DNA of 63,766 bases, the filler included, from Welwitschia mirabilis (taxonomy: Eukaryota), in NCBI GenBank assembly GCA_051453625.1. It is 5 parts of one record of this genome, joined end to end, with 100 filler letters (N's around TTAATTAATTAA, not from the genome) between each part and the next. Parts side by side here need not be neighbours in the genome. Positions count along the whole stretch, not along the records: positions 1 to 27,966 come from JBOZIK010000001.1; 4 more parts are not named here. One strand, written 5' to 3'. Below are positions 1 through 13,079 of this stretch, one piece after another; the stretch's first letter is position 1; every line of letters begins with the position of its first letter. The translations under genes were made by a program, and so were the position numbers. A model generated the notes under the pieces. It saw only the letters and a list, made by a program, of their open reading frames with translations, did no database searches and was not told the DNA's origin.

Positions 1-280
1 ATGTCATCTAATCTCAATAATGTACTTTATGTGAATGGGTACAATTTATTAAGCATTAGTCAACTGTGTGACAAAGGAAATAAAATAATATTTAATAAAT
101 ATAAATGTATAGTTGAGAATGAGAAAATAAATGCTGTTATTTTATGTGCAAAACATGTTGATAATGCTTATAGTCTAGATATTGAAACTCTTAATTAATC
201 AATACATGCAAATCAACAATTTAGGAAAGATAGTGACAAAATTAAATGTTTTTCTATCAATTATGATGTAAACTCCAATT
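1..280 (+). pseudogene. Copia pol fragment (region between protease and GAG-pre-integrase)
   Basis: NVLYVNGYNLLSISQLCDKGNKIIF...AKHVDNAYSLD matches the Copia NVLxVxGLxxNLLSISQLCDKG motif; it is followed by IKCFS, after which similarity is lost. Confidence 0.85.
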
Positions 281-662
281 CTAATAATTATTCTATCTAT
301 CAAAAAAAGAAACTAGAGTTTAGTACACTGTCCCGATTGCAGGGTAGTCAACTGGCCTGAAAGCCCGGTCACCTGAACCCCTTCTAGTACTATAAACCCG
401 CATCTTGACAGGTCGACCAGATGTTAAAGCAGTTGACTGGACCTAACGGATTACAGTGCAGAATTTCAATTGATGGACCCAATTTCTTTATAAAATTTGC
501 CCTATTTTCTTCATTCTATTAAAGAACTATAATCCTAATCCTTTTCCATCTCATTCTAGTGCCTTCAAGTCTTTAGATCTAATGATTTTCTTTAAGTTTA
601 AGAAATATTTACAGTCAGATCTATTGTTTTTCTTAGTTCTTCTTCTTTTTAAGGTCTTAGAA

Positions 663-1703
663 TGATAGCTAGCACTTCTAAGAGAGACTCAAAGGAAGGT
701 GCTTTAAGGGAACCTTCTTACTTCATCCATGGAATGTCTAAAGAAGCCTTGAACAAGTTCTCTGAGAATTTCAAAAAAAAACCTATGTGTCAGGAGTAGT
801 TTTATAGCTTCATTAGAGCTTAGAGAACTAAGAGATGTTATTTGGCTCCTAAAAGATTAATATCTAGATCATCTTTTAAATGTTTTAGGTCTTACATATC
901 CCTTTATTACTAGAATGTTTTACTATAATGCTACTTTTAATCGTGATACCAGAACTCTAGAAATCCTAGTTTTTGATAGAAGAATCAGAGTGATATCTGA
1001 TCTTATTTCTGAGCTGACCAATCTTCCTCAAGGAGACTATAATGAATTTTGGCCACTGAGGGATATAATGGAAGATAAGCTAGCAGTGATCAGGCATATT
1101 TTTGGTAAAATTCATACTTGAAAGCACACTATTTCTACTTCTCTTTTAACTCTTAAATATCATTTTATCCACTTAATCTTTACTTATAATTTTCTACCTT
1201 TAGCTGACCATTATGATGAGGCCTCTAGTTATAAAGCTTATTTGATGTATTTGGTAGGAACTGAGCATACTATTGATGCTTCTCTCATAATATTCAAAAG
1301 TATGGTTTTATAGTTAGAGTACCACAAAACTAGGAATCTATCTTACTGTATGCTTATCACTAAAATTTGTTACCATTTCAATGTTAATCTGCATTCTTCA
1401 TTGGAGACTCTTCAGCCACTATCATCTATTGAGCATATAACTTTGTCTCACATGCATATTTTTTCTTCTTCAAAGAAATTCCCTTCTAAAACTCCAAAGG
1501 CAACATCTTCAGATGAGACTCTTTCACATTTGAAATGGATTAACTCTTACATCAGGCATATGAAAGAAGCATTCATAACAGTTGGATATGATATTGCAGA
1601 TACCTCAGCTAAAGGTACCAGCTCTGCTCATACTAGAGGAGATAAAAAAGATTCAAAGGAGGAATCTGATGAAGAAGAAGAAGAGGAAGAGAAATCAAAT
1701 TAA
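663..1703 (+). pseudogene. Sirevirus env-like / 'putative plant transposon protein' ORF, decayed
   Basis: Fragments YPFITRMFYYNA...DRRIRVISDLISELTNLP and LSYCMLITKICYHFNVNL plus an acidic C-terminus; located between pol and the PPT cluster. Confidence 0.7.
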
Positions 1704-2182
1704 AATTCTTCTTTCCTTTCATATATTCGTTATGTTGTTCTCTCTTTTTCTTTTATTATTAAAAAGAGAGTTTTTTGCCTTTGTGGAATTTTTTAGATGT
1801 ATACTCTTGATGAGAAATTTTTTCTTTCTTACTTAGTATGGAGTTTTGTAATAGTTGTTTTTAATGGAATTCAATTTTATGTTTCAACTTAGTCTTTGCA
1901 TTATTTTGACACTTTTGAATGCTATGTACTTTATAACAAAATTAAAATTATCATCTCAAACATAAAGGAATTAAATTTTTTTTATCACTTTGTATTATAG
2001 TTTATTATCAAATGGTATCATTTGATATATAATTCATAAGTATTGCCTTGACTAGTACTGTTGGTAGAATTTTGTTCATTTTCAAGTTTGTCTCATTTAA
2101 AAGCACAATCTATTTATTAAAAATACCTCAATATGTTTTAAGAAATTTTGGCTTATCATCATTCATCTTTCGATATCAACAT

Positions 2183-2545
2183 AAGGGGAGAATGTGGCTC
2201 CGAAGCATCTAAATCTAATTATTATTTACCATTGATATCAAAGGGGAAGAGAAGATGTAGTGCTTTCAATTCAATATGATAAAAAGATATTCTAAGAATA
2301 TGTAGTGCTTTCAATTTGATATTAAATTTAATATTAAATTCAATATGGTAATTGTTGAAAATTTTGTGCTATTTAGTTAAAGAGATACATATCTTACCTT
2401 TTGCTTAAAAATGTGTATGTCTTAATGTAAGGGGGAGATTTTTGAATTTTTAATGTATTCTTAAAAATATTTATTAATTGAATTTACATTGTTTAAATCT
2501 TTTAAAATCACTAAATTTTTTGCCATCAATATCAAAGGAGGATAT
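2183..2545 (+). promoter_or_regulatory. Multiple polypurine tract cluster
   Basis: AAGGGGAGAAT (~2183), AAAGGGGAAGAG (~2240), AAGGGGGAGAT (~2429), AAAGGAGGATAT (2534-2545); multiple PPTs are a known Sirevirus signature. Confidence 0.75.
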
Positions 2546-3886
2546 TATTAAATTGTATTTGTGAATTGATGTTAAACTAATTCCTCTAATGTAGTGTAAA
2601 TTTGTTAGATATTATATGGAAATGAGTTTAAGTTATGTGGGTGAAAGATGTGAACCAAATGCACGAAAGGAACTGCTAAGTTGTTTACCTTTAGTTGGGG
2701 TTGACTGGATCTTAGAGGGGTTGATTGCTCCTAAAGCAGATACAACAAAAATGAACTAAACCCAAAGGGCTTAACTAGATCCTAGAGGGGTCGACCAAAC
2801 TTGTGATCTCAAGAATCAATGGTTCCACACCGAGAGGAATGGGGTTGACTAGATATGCATGGCATCAACTAGATTTTAGAAGCTGACAGTCAAGTCCTAG
2901 ACTAAAATAAAAGGGGTTGATTAGACCCATGATAGGGCTGATCAAACTTGAGAAGCTGACAAAGTCCATAGTCCTAGACTAAGAGATAAGCAATCATTTG
3001 GACCAAAGATGGGATCAACTGAGTTCCTATGGGATCAACCAGATATTTCTGGGGTCAACTAGATGGTACAAAAAAGTAAATCATGTATATGTTATATATC
3101 TATTACCTAGCCATTACCTAGCTGTTTTTTAGCCATTTATAGCCATTGAAGGCACAATTCAATTGTACCAAATCCTAGTAACCCTCCATTATAAATACCT
3201 AGGTAAGAGAAGACCTAGAGATCTTTTGGTACATTTTCAAATTAGTACATTCATTGTGGATCTAAAAGATCAATTAGCATATTGCATTGAAATATCTATT
3301 ATACTGATTCATATTTGATTAAGGAGATCTATTATTGGATTAGGACATTACTCAAAATCAAATCTAAGGACCTCATCATTGTATTCAATTAGAGAAGAGC
3401 TCCATTTTATGTACTGATACTAAACAAGTGATATTAGAGCTATGAAGGCTTCATTGCATCACTTCTATTTGTTATCAAAGGTTGAGACTTAGCCTGTAAA
3501 AGGCCATTGTTAAAGGTTGAGACTTAGCCTACAAAAGTATATTGTTAAGGTTGAGACTTAGCCTATAAAAGTATGCTTGTAAGGGTTAATAGAGGAACCT
3601 AGCAAAACTTGTGAAGTAAAAAAGATTCAAGATCAAGCTTGGGAGAAGTTGATATCAAGAGTTGAGTAGGGGAATTCCTAAACCACTATAAATCTTGCAT
3701 GCATCCAAACTAATACTTTCTATTTTATGGTTTACACTTTGTTTCTATTTATTCTTTGTATTCATGATTGTGATTTCATTATTTGTTTATATGCAATCTA
3801 TGATTAGAATCTATTAAGTTATTTTGAGCTTGAAGTTTTTGTAAAAGAACCTATTCATCCCTCCTCTAGGATTCCTGATCCCATCA
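2546..3886 (+). repeat. Sirevirus 3' LTR
   Basis: Starts directly after the PPT. Contains repeated GGGGTCGACC-like motifs (~2697-3065), a TATA box (TATAAATA ~3190) and a U5 end CCTCTAGG...CA. Confidence 0.8.
3477..3585 (+). repeat. ~35-bp tandem repeat x3 inside LTR
   Basis: Unit AAGGTTGAGACTTAGCCT(G/A)(T/C)AAAAG...TTGT repeated three times. Confidence 0.9.
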
Positions 3887-4749
3887 AAACTATAATCTTA
3901 GCAAATTTATTATGCAAAAGGAAATAGAACAAATTATTATTTATACATATTACTAAATATATTAAAAAATCATTAGAAAATATTGACATTTAATTCATTA
4001 TAGGCTTACCTCATTGCAAATTAGGAGACAAATATATCATGAAAATAGTAGATGATTATTATGATGGAGTACAAAAACCATTGTTTTATATGGAGATGTT
4101 ACCTTTATTAATTTAATTTAATATGAACTTTTACAAAAAATGAACAAGAATCCAAATCAAAAAAATAATGGAAAAATAAAGTCAATAAATAGAATTTTGA
4201 AATATCGTTTAGACATATCTAATAAAATTGGAATATTATGGAGATGATTAGCATGATTCCTAAACAAGAATATGTAAAAATTAAGAACTAATCCAAAATT
4301 TTGATAACATTCATGGTACTATTTTTTGAAAATATTAAACAAAAGATAATTGATGAGGTTATGTTCTAAAGAAGAGAAAATTTAAAGACAATCTAGATAT
4401 GCAAATGGATTTTATAAGAAATATAAGAATTCACATCATACATCAATAAAATTAAATTTATGCTTAGCGTAAATTAAATGTTAGATTGAAAGAATTTTTG
4501 TTCTTTAAATTTCTTTCATTAGTCACTCAAAAGTTTCTTTTATATATATTGGTATCCAATTATAATATCTAAATTTTTCAGTGGTATAGAAATATTGCAA
4601 TTTGCTTATGTTCTAATAAAGTATAATGTCATCATTTCTTATATGAAATCCTTCCTATAAATCTTATCCATTTTAAAATTTTAAGTTATAAAAGATAAGT
4701 ATGCCATATTTATATTTTTATTTATTACAACCTTAGAGATTAATCTAGA

Positions 4750-5401
4750 TAAAATTGTAAACTTTAGATATAGATATCTAGGATTTTAATATACTTTCTA
4801 AGATATTTATTGATGTAGATTCCTTTCCCTAGAATTGGAAGAGATAATAATTATTAATTTTTAAAATGAAAATGTGGAGTTGTTTTGGAGGATCACTAGA
4901 AATTAGGTAGCAAAATAATTTTTCTTAAGGTAAAGGGTAACTGAGAAATAGGGCTAGAGTGATGGATAACACTCAATGGATGTTTGCTTTAGGAGAAAGG
5001 TAAATAACATAAAAGAAAATAAAATAAAAAGAAAGGAAAAATAAAGAAAAGAGAGGACTTCCTTAAAAAGGAGTATATCCTCTTGATTACTCCAAGGTCT
5101 TTATATAGCAAAAAAATATAAAATAGATTTTGGTTATGGGATTGGGGTTCTAAATGTCTCCTTCCTAGGATAAGTAAGTAAGATAGGATAAGGTTTGGCT
5201 AAAGAGATTAGGTAAACCTAAGGGATGGTCTTTCTTCTATTGATCTATAATTTGGATTTCCTTTTAAAAAGTAGAGGTTACTTGAAATAAAATCCTTGAT
5301 TTATTATCGTTGAGATATTAAATGAATGTAAGTCTCAAGATGCAAATAAGAATTGTCTCAATTGTAGAAATTATGAATAATACATACATACACACACACT
5401 C

Positions 5402-5449
<48 letters not shown>

Positions 5450-6992
5450 CCCTCCCATCACCCTAGCCCGTTCACCCCTTCTTCGCATATTTAGGAGATG
5501 GTTATATAAACTTCTCCAAGGAGCAAATACAACATTACCTTAACAGAATGAAAAAATAAAATATAAATAACTAGGGAAAATGCATGAAAAGAAGGAAATA
5601 ATCACATGTATCTTATGATGTCTTATTGCATCTTCTAGTTTTTTTACTAATGGAGGAAATTTATCCATCTATTAACCTAGAGTTAAAACTATTGTAAAGA
5701 AGAGCTTACTATCTAGAATAAAGATGAAAGAAAGTGAAGCACCTCTAGTTTATGAATACATGGCTAGAATGAAGAAGGGCTTAGTAACTAATAGATAGCA
5801 TAATGAACATATCTTAGGTATGGATACCTAGAATGGGAAAATAATAAAAGCGATTTTCCATTTAAATTGAAAGTAAAGAAGTGAAAGTAAGTTGGAAGAA
5901 TGAGAATGGAGTGGAATAACGATAGTTTATGTAGGGATTCTTTGATAGCTCTAGATTAAGAGTGACTAGTGTATGTAACTGCAGTGAATTAATATGAAAA
6001 ACTAGTGCTCATCATGCTTGGCATAATTATTGTTATTATCATAATTGTAGTTATTAGTTGAATATGTATTATTAACTTAGTCCTTGATGGTGCTAAGAAG
6101 GATCATCCAACTACAATAGTGATCACCTCCTTGGAAATTAGCCTAGTAGTCATCCTTTGATGTAATTTCACAAGTAGGCTTTATTAACTCTAATACATCA
6201 TAAGGATTTAACATAACCTTATGACTCTTTTGAACTTTAAATAAGTGCTCATAATGTATGAAACGTTGAAATTAGAAAACATGATAATGATGGGTCTATA
6301 GAAAGGATGGGGAACTAAATATAGGAAAGGAAACCAATGAGAATGGATTCCTTAACTATCAAATGTAGTAGAGGGTAGGAAAGAGTAAACAAATGTAGTT
6401 TTTATGAGTTTAGAGAGCTGTGAAATGAGACAAGGGTTAAGCATATTTCATAGATGGATGTGAAATTAAAGACTAGATTTCAATGTCTAAGACATGAAAT
6501 AAAATAGAATTCCACATCGAAGGCATGGAATAAAGAGAATTCAACATGGAATTCTATATAGCATAAAAGTAAAGAAACATAAGGGAGATGCTATTAAGAG
6601 GAAAAAGAAAGAAGAAAGGATGGGAGAATAATGAAAGGAAGAGACAATAGGAAGGATGAAGGAAAAGGAACAAAAAAGAACAAAGGAGGAGAAGAGGATA
6701 TAAGAGAATAGGAAAGGTGAAGATTAATGAAGGGAAGAAGAAAGAATATGAGAGAGGATAAGAAAGAGATAGGAAATGCAAGGAAAAAAAGAGAAAATAA
6801 TGAGAACAGAGAAAAAAAGGGGAAATATAGGGAGAAGTAAGAAGAAATAAATTGGGAAAAGTGGATAGTAAGAAGGAGAAAAAATGAAGAAAGAAAGAAA
6901 AAGGGATAAGAATAGGAAAGAAATGTGGGATAAAGGGTAGGCAATGAAATGGAAAGGAATTCCTTAGGTATCAAGGGTCATGTTGGTGTACA
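4750..6992 (-). repeat. 3' LTR of the Tat element
   Basis: Collinear with 22118-23988 (e.g. GAGATGGTTATATA, CCTCTAGTTTATGAA, AAGAAGGATCAT); ends GGTGTACA next to the PPT complement TACTTACCCACCTCT. Confidence 0.7.
5387..5445. repeat. (CA)n and (CT)n microsatellite
   Basis: Short CA run followed by about 20 CT units. Confidence 0.95.
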
Positions 6993-9399
6993 ATACTTAC
7001 CCACCTCTAGACATCTACAAGGAATTATAAGAGGTAGAAGAATGATGAAAAGAAAATTAGACCTTAGAGTATAGGTTTTGACTAGGATTATGCTAGCCAT
7101 TATTAAGTGAAAAAAACTAAGGATAAATACGTTTTAATGAAAGAATTCATTAAATCAAATCAACACTCTTAGTTTGTAGCTATAAAATGGGGAAAGGGAG
7201 ATGAATCTATTTTAAAACTTATACTTGAAAATTTTATTTGAAGTTTTAACTTAAGAAGCATATGAATTTGCCTTACTTTAATTTCCCAATATAAAATAAG
7301 AATTTTTAACACATTTCTCTATTATGATTAAGTGAGTAAACTTCATTTTTTAATAGGAATTTATTTCTTTCTTTATTTTCTTTTTATAGTATGAAATGTT
7401 GGACTTTTTTTGTTCTTTTGCTCTAGTAGGAATAACTTTGATGAGTATTCATCTATAACATGAGGTAATACGTTGTCACATAGGAAGGACGAGGTACTAT
7501 AAGTATGATATCATGGGCTACTTCTCTCTATTTATTATGTAAGAGATAATGAGACATTTGGAAGGAACTTCAAGAGATTAAGATTATATCAATTGATATA
7601 CTTATGAATCTTTAATATGTTTCCTCATCAAATAGAATATATAATATATAATTGGGACCTAATTTAGAGGAAGAGTTAATTCCTATTTGTATATACCTAG
7701 TGGACTTCTAGATCACTCCATGTAAGAATCTCTATAATTATGGAAGATATAGATTACATGTTTGAGTTTCTCTCCCAAGATCAGAGTAACATGCATCCAT
7801 TTTAGGTACTAATAGGTAAGAATCTAATGGTGGTTCTAGAAGAGTGGAAGCCTCTTTAGGTCCCTATAAAGTTATTAAAAAATTGTTAAAGGGTTTCTAG
7901 TATATTTACTCTAAGAGCCTATTTAATTAATGTGATTATTTGCCTACTTCCATCTGCTATTATTGGATAAGAGGACTTATATCCTCTAAGTAATTTTTAA
8001 AATAATGTATGAAGTGATGAACCATAAAAATCATATTATTGAAAAGAGTATATAGAAGATAAAGTGGTAGCCATTGTAATTCATTACTAGAAAAATGAAA
8101 AGTGAGGTGTATAGCCTCCTCCTACATTAAAGCAATGTAGGTATGATTAGCTAGCAAGTTAGCTCGTCAAAATGTGGTAAGGCTCCCTAAGAATGGGGAA
8201 GATACTTTAGGAAATAATACCTTCTTAAGTATAGAGATTTATAACAAGATAACATAAATTATTTTACATAAAAAAAAATACCAAAAGGAGAAGTGGGAAG
8301 CAATGGAGGAAATGATAGAAGAGTACTTAGATGTATTCCTCAAAATGAAGAGAGATAACACATATACTAAGACTTCTTCTTCAATGAAAAAGGGAAAAGT
8401 AAATGATATAGGATTTAATGAGAAGAACCTATAACTTCTTAAGGATATATTATGTATGTTATTATGCCTTATTACCTTTGTTGTTCAACTTGGCTTTCTT
8501 TATTTAGCACCATTCCTTCTTGCTATAGGTGCAAAAGACTTAGGTCCTCTTCCTAGAAAGGAGACATATGATTCAAGAGGTTTATCTAATTTTGATAATA
8601 AGGAAAATATAATGTTGATGGAGGAAGATAAAGGACCTATGATGGATGACATGCCTTATCCTTAGAAGTTGAATCTTTTACTTTCTTAGTAACGTTATTT
8701 TTTTAATACATGTTTCTAATATCTTTTGATCTTTTTATACATCAGCTAGGTTGTTGTAAAATAGTTTTTCCATTCTTAATGAAGAGAGAGATCTCTTCAA
8801 AGCCAACAAGGTACACGTTAATTAACCTCTTCAAGATAAAAAGGAAAAGGAACTCATAAGGTTTAGGACTTAGCTAAGAAAATGAAGGAACTATACAATT
8901 GGCTATAAAGGAAGTAAAAGCTAGGAAGAGATAAGTGAAAATAAATAACAAAATAATAAGAATATAGTCAAAGATCTATTACTTACTAGGAAAGTAGATG
9001 CAAAAGAAGAACATTCTAGTTGATATTCTCTATGTTTGTGTTTCTCCCACCTCTCTAAAAAATGCTATTGAGAGTGTTATGCCACTTATTTTTTAAATAT
9101 ATATTTTACCTTCCATATGTAGTGTAAACATGATTTCTTATATTTTTCTTCTATCTTATCAACCTTAATCTATAGGTAAAGTGATCCTTCCTCTTGTGGT
9201 GATGAAACTTTTCTTTTAATATAATAAACTCCTTTTTCTTTTTCTACAAGACTTATTCCATATTAACTTATAAAAGAAAACTAACTCTAAAAACTTCTAA
9301 GTATTGAAAATGCAAAATAAAAAGTACTATATACATATCAACACACTTTGAATTTGCTTCAATTCATGTTTGAGAAATTCTTAAGAGGGCTTTAAAGTT

Positions 9400-10650
9400 T
9401 TGGGGGAAGACGAAGCCATTATAAGTATTAAGTAGATCCTTTCCTTATAGGTATATTATCTTGTAATCCTAATCACCCATAAAGGATGCTATTTCATAAG
9501 GTCCTAATTTAAAAGGGGCAAAATTATAGTGGGCTTCCATCTTTTTGCCTTCCTTGTCTTTTGCTTATACTAGGTCTATGATGTTAAATTCTTTTAAGAG
9601 TAGTTCTCTTATCAGACAACATATTCATGATGTTATAATATCTAAGATATTGTGAAGATATTAACCCAAATGTATTAAAATTCTAGAAGGACTAGCATCA
9701 TATCTGGTAGAGGGTCTAAGGGCATGACATATGACTCCATGAAGTTGTAGGTCTATAGCTAGAGTTAGATAATAAGATAAGGCCTTTAGCCATATGCTAA
9801 GTAATAGGGATTAAATTTGATGTTGGTTTTGTATTTGAGTCAATTGACCCAAAAGGCATGCTTGATAAGAGTATGCAAACTAATTGCCTTTATTTGTATG
9901 AAGGACTTCATACCTTCACAAAAATCTGAGGGCTTTTCTTCTCCTATGAAAGAAGATAGAAAGGATGCTTTAACTAGTGTCTTCTTAATTTTTATTTGGA
10001 GTTTCTTATTAAAAAACATTGATACTCCATCCCTTTGGGATAATATTTTATGCCAATCTTTAATGAAATATGGTGGTCATAATTCTACTCTATAAAATGG
10101 ATGGAGAATAAGACCATTTCATTTTCAAAGACTAGTACATAAATGTGCTTGAAGTAGATGATGATTTTCATCTTCAAAAATCAATAATAATGTTTATGTT
10201 TGATTGTAAATTAGGTTTAACTTCCATCTAATGTATACAATAATGTATGATAGCAAGGATAAAATAATGACTAGCAGATGAAGGAAATATATCTTACCAA
10301 TAAAATGTAGTACTCACTTAAGAAGGGTTAATTCTTGGAGATAAGAAGTAATGGTAGAACTATATTATAATCCCTTAATTTAAATCACTAGTATACATCA
10401 TAGGTCTAGAGGATTTCAAGTAGATCTTCCATCATGGTATGTTAGTAATAATCTTCTTACATGATCTATGTAACTAGTAATCTTGTAGAGGTGTGACCTC
10501 CATCTATTCTATTATGAAATTCTTACCATAGGTCCTACTATTCATCTTGAGTAACACATTATAGGTAAAAATTTTAATATTTACTATGAAATATAACTCC
10601 ATTATTTATCATGAATCTAAAAACCTTGGCTCTAAATGTCTTTCTAAATG
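9400..10650 (-). pseudogene. Gypsy integrase remnant (Tat type)
   Basis: Minus-strand reading gives RAKVFRFMINNGVIF (pre-zinc-finger region), YSPSIL..NYDHHI, and a C-terminal GPY-like segment near 9500. Confidence 0.65.
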
Positions 10651-10829
10651 ATATTAAGCCATTATTTGAGAGGGATTCATTAGTTAGGTAAATATGGATG
10701 GGCTCCTACTAGAGGTTATCTAGATATTTTGGAAAAATAGTAGGAAAAGGAAGAGCCTCATTTAGCTAAGATTATTTTTCTATAAGAGTTATTAGGAGGT
10801 CTCTCATTAGGTCCATCCCTCTAACTAGA

Positions 10830-11960
10830 TTTTTAGATAAGAGATGGATGTTATAGTATTACAGCTTTGAGATCTACTTTGATCATTTTAAATTTGAATT
10901 TTTTCCTTCTAATAAAATCTTCACCATGGGTTTACTAACTATTTCCTTTACCTAAGATTTTAGAATATAGTATCTAAACTACTTTCATACCTTGATGAGA
11001 GAAAAAGCATCCTTCTTCATGTAGTGATAAGAGACATCCATGTCTTGAAATGATTTACTCATGAATAATATTAGGCATGTTTTTGTAAGGATTGCTATAG
11101 TGGTGGTTTCTAAAATCCAAGAAGGAATGAATAATTCTTTTCAAAAGTTATTGCTCACTACTAACGTGTTCTTAATTAATTCAAGTGCCTTCTTATCTTT
11201 TGGAGGTTAAACGAATAATGCATTATTTTTTAGTAATGACATCATGAAAATCATTATCTCTAAAAAGACCTGACATGAATCATCAAACAAAGTTTATATT
11301 CTCTAATAAAGATCAAATAATTTTAAGAAATCTAACAAAGGGATCTTTTGGATGAATTGTACGTGTTTTGGATCTACAATCATGCCTTCATCTAAGATGA
11401 GGTATTTGAGAACCCTTCCTAAGATGACAATAATAATAGTTATTTATGGTTTGAAATATACTTAGAACTACCTAAAATGTAAAAAAAAAAATATTTTTGG
11501 AATTTTGCATATCATCTCACTTATCTATGTAAATTATAATGTCATCTAAACAAACAACTATACATTTCCCAATTCATCGCACATGTGCTCTATAATCTCT
11601 ATAACGTAAATCTAAAATTTATCAAGTTAAAGGCCATTTATTTATTAGTGTAGATGCCCTATTTATGGAAAAAGCCATTTTCATTTAGTCTAGGGTGGAT
11701 ACCTATATGTAATTATAACTAGAGAAGCCATCAAAGAACAAAAACATTTTCACATCTTGTAACTTCTCTAGTATTTCATTAAATGTTGGAATGTGATAGG
11801 AGTTCTTAATAGAGGATTTATTTAGATAATGAAAGTTCATACACAAATCAATCTCTTTATTCTTCTTCCTAACTAAAATGAGGTTGAATATCCACATGGT
11901 AAGCCTAATTGGGTAAATGATATTTGACTATAAAAACATTTTGACTTCTTTCTTTATTAG
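10830..11960 (-). pseudogene. Reverse transcriptase + RNase H remnant (Tat type)
   Basis: WIFNLILVRKKNKEIDLCMNFHYLNKSSIKNSYHIP...FFDGFSSYNYI (11703-11897), followed by IVVCLDDIII (YxDD equivalent, ~11540) and RH-like sequence. Confidence 0.9.
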
Positions 11961-12559
11961 TAGCTTCAACATAAGGTTTACCCTCTTTCTCCTATGTCCA
12001 AATGGCTTTATGATGTCCTTAAGGGGAGATGGTATTAATAACTATTCAAGGATAAAACCCCTTAATTTCTTATATGATAAAGTAAAGAAATCTTTAAACT
12101 CATGATAGAGTAAGAGGATTACGTACCTTCGCTAAGTAAAACATGATTTTCCAATCTTAATAATCTTAGGTTCATTTGATAAACCTAGGTTGACCTTTTC
12201 TACTTCCTCATTTATGTAGTACCATGGGGAAATAAGCTTTATTTCTAAGCTGAAGGAATTATCTAGTTAGATGAAGTCTCTTAAAATCTTATTATTATGA
12301 AGTTGAGTCATGCCATCCTTGGTGAAGTATCCACCATTACCTAAGTCTCCTATATTATTTAGTATTTTTTTTTTAAGTTCAGCTTTATTATTCATGAATC
12401 TATAAATATTCTCATATCCTTTAAATACTTGAAAAACAATGATGTTATCTAGAATGGATCTCTTTAAAAGGTTATAAATCTAGAGTTCCTCAACCTCGGA
12501 TCATTAATAAGGGCTCCTCTTATGGTTTAAACTACTATCTTATTTAGTAATGAATTATT

Positions 12560-12900
12560 TCCTCATGAAAGTTGAATAAGATACCACTCTTTAACATGGT
12601 TTAATAGATTAAAACTCTAATGTTGTACGTCTTTAGCATAGGCTTTTGAGTTTGATATTTTTTCCTTAACATGATTAATTACAACTTTAGAATCCTCAAA
12701 GATGTAATCTTTTCTTACCTTCTTCAAAACTACATGCATTAGTACCTAGACTAAGTCATTATACTTAGTCATGTTATTTGATGTTGGGAATTTAATTTGG
12801 CAAGAGTTTTAAGTGAAATGTCATTTTGGGTACTAAAGAATTATAAATATGTTTCTACATAACATATTTATGAACACATTAAAGAATATATACCAAGTCT
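12560..12900 (-). pseudogene. Additional (archaeal-like) RNase H domain remnant, upstream of RT
   Basis: TWYIFFNV...KFPTSNNMTKYNDLV...IFEDSKVVINHVK corresponds to the aRH pattern WxxxFDG...FxxTNNxAEYEAL...GDSxLVINQV. Confidence 0.75.
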
Positions 12901-13079
12901 CTTGAGTTAATGCAGTTGATAGGAATTTTGAATCTACTTTAGATTCTGGTATTACTTTTTGATTTTATATAAGAAGATCATAATACTAGAGTTTCTAATG
13001 GATTGTTTAGATTAGTCTCCTTGTTATCATAAGTAGTAATATTATTCTTTGAGTAGTGCTCCCTTTCATTATAAATCTA

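Larger units (their letters stand above)
1..3886 (+). mobile_element. Sirevirus (SIRE/Maximus Ty1-copia) internally deleted element, 3' part
   Basis: Copia pol linker ORF at 1-198, decayed env-like ORF at ~663-1703, several PPT copies (2183-2545), then an LTR starting after AAAGGAGGATAT at 2546 and ending CCCTCCTCTAGG...CCATCA at 3886, a typical Sirevirus U5 end. Confidence 0.8.

Noticed and set aside
6554-6974. Hydrophobic F/L/S-rich ORFs resembling membrane proteins
   Set aside because: Antisense of a purine-rich low-complexity tract inside an LTR.
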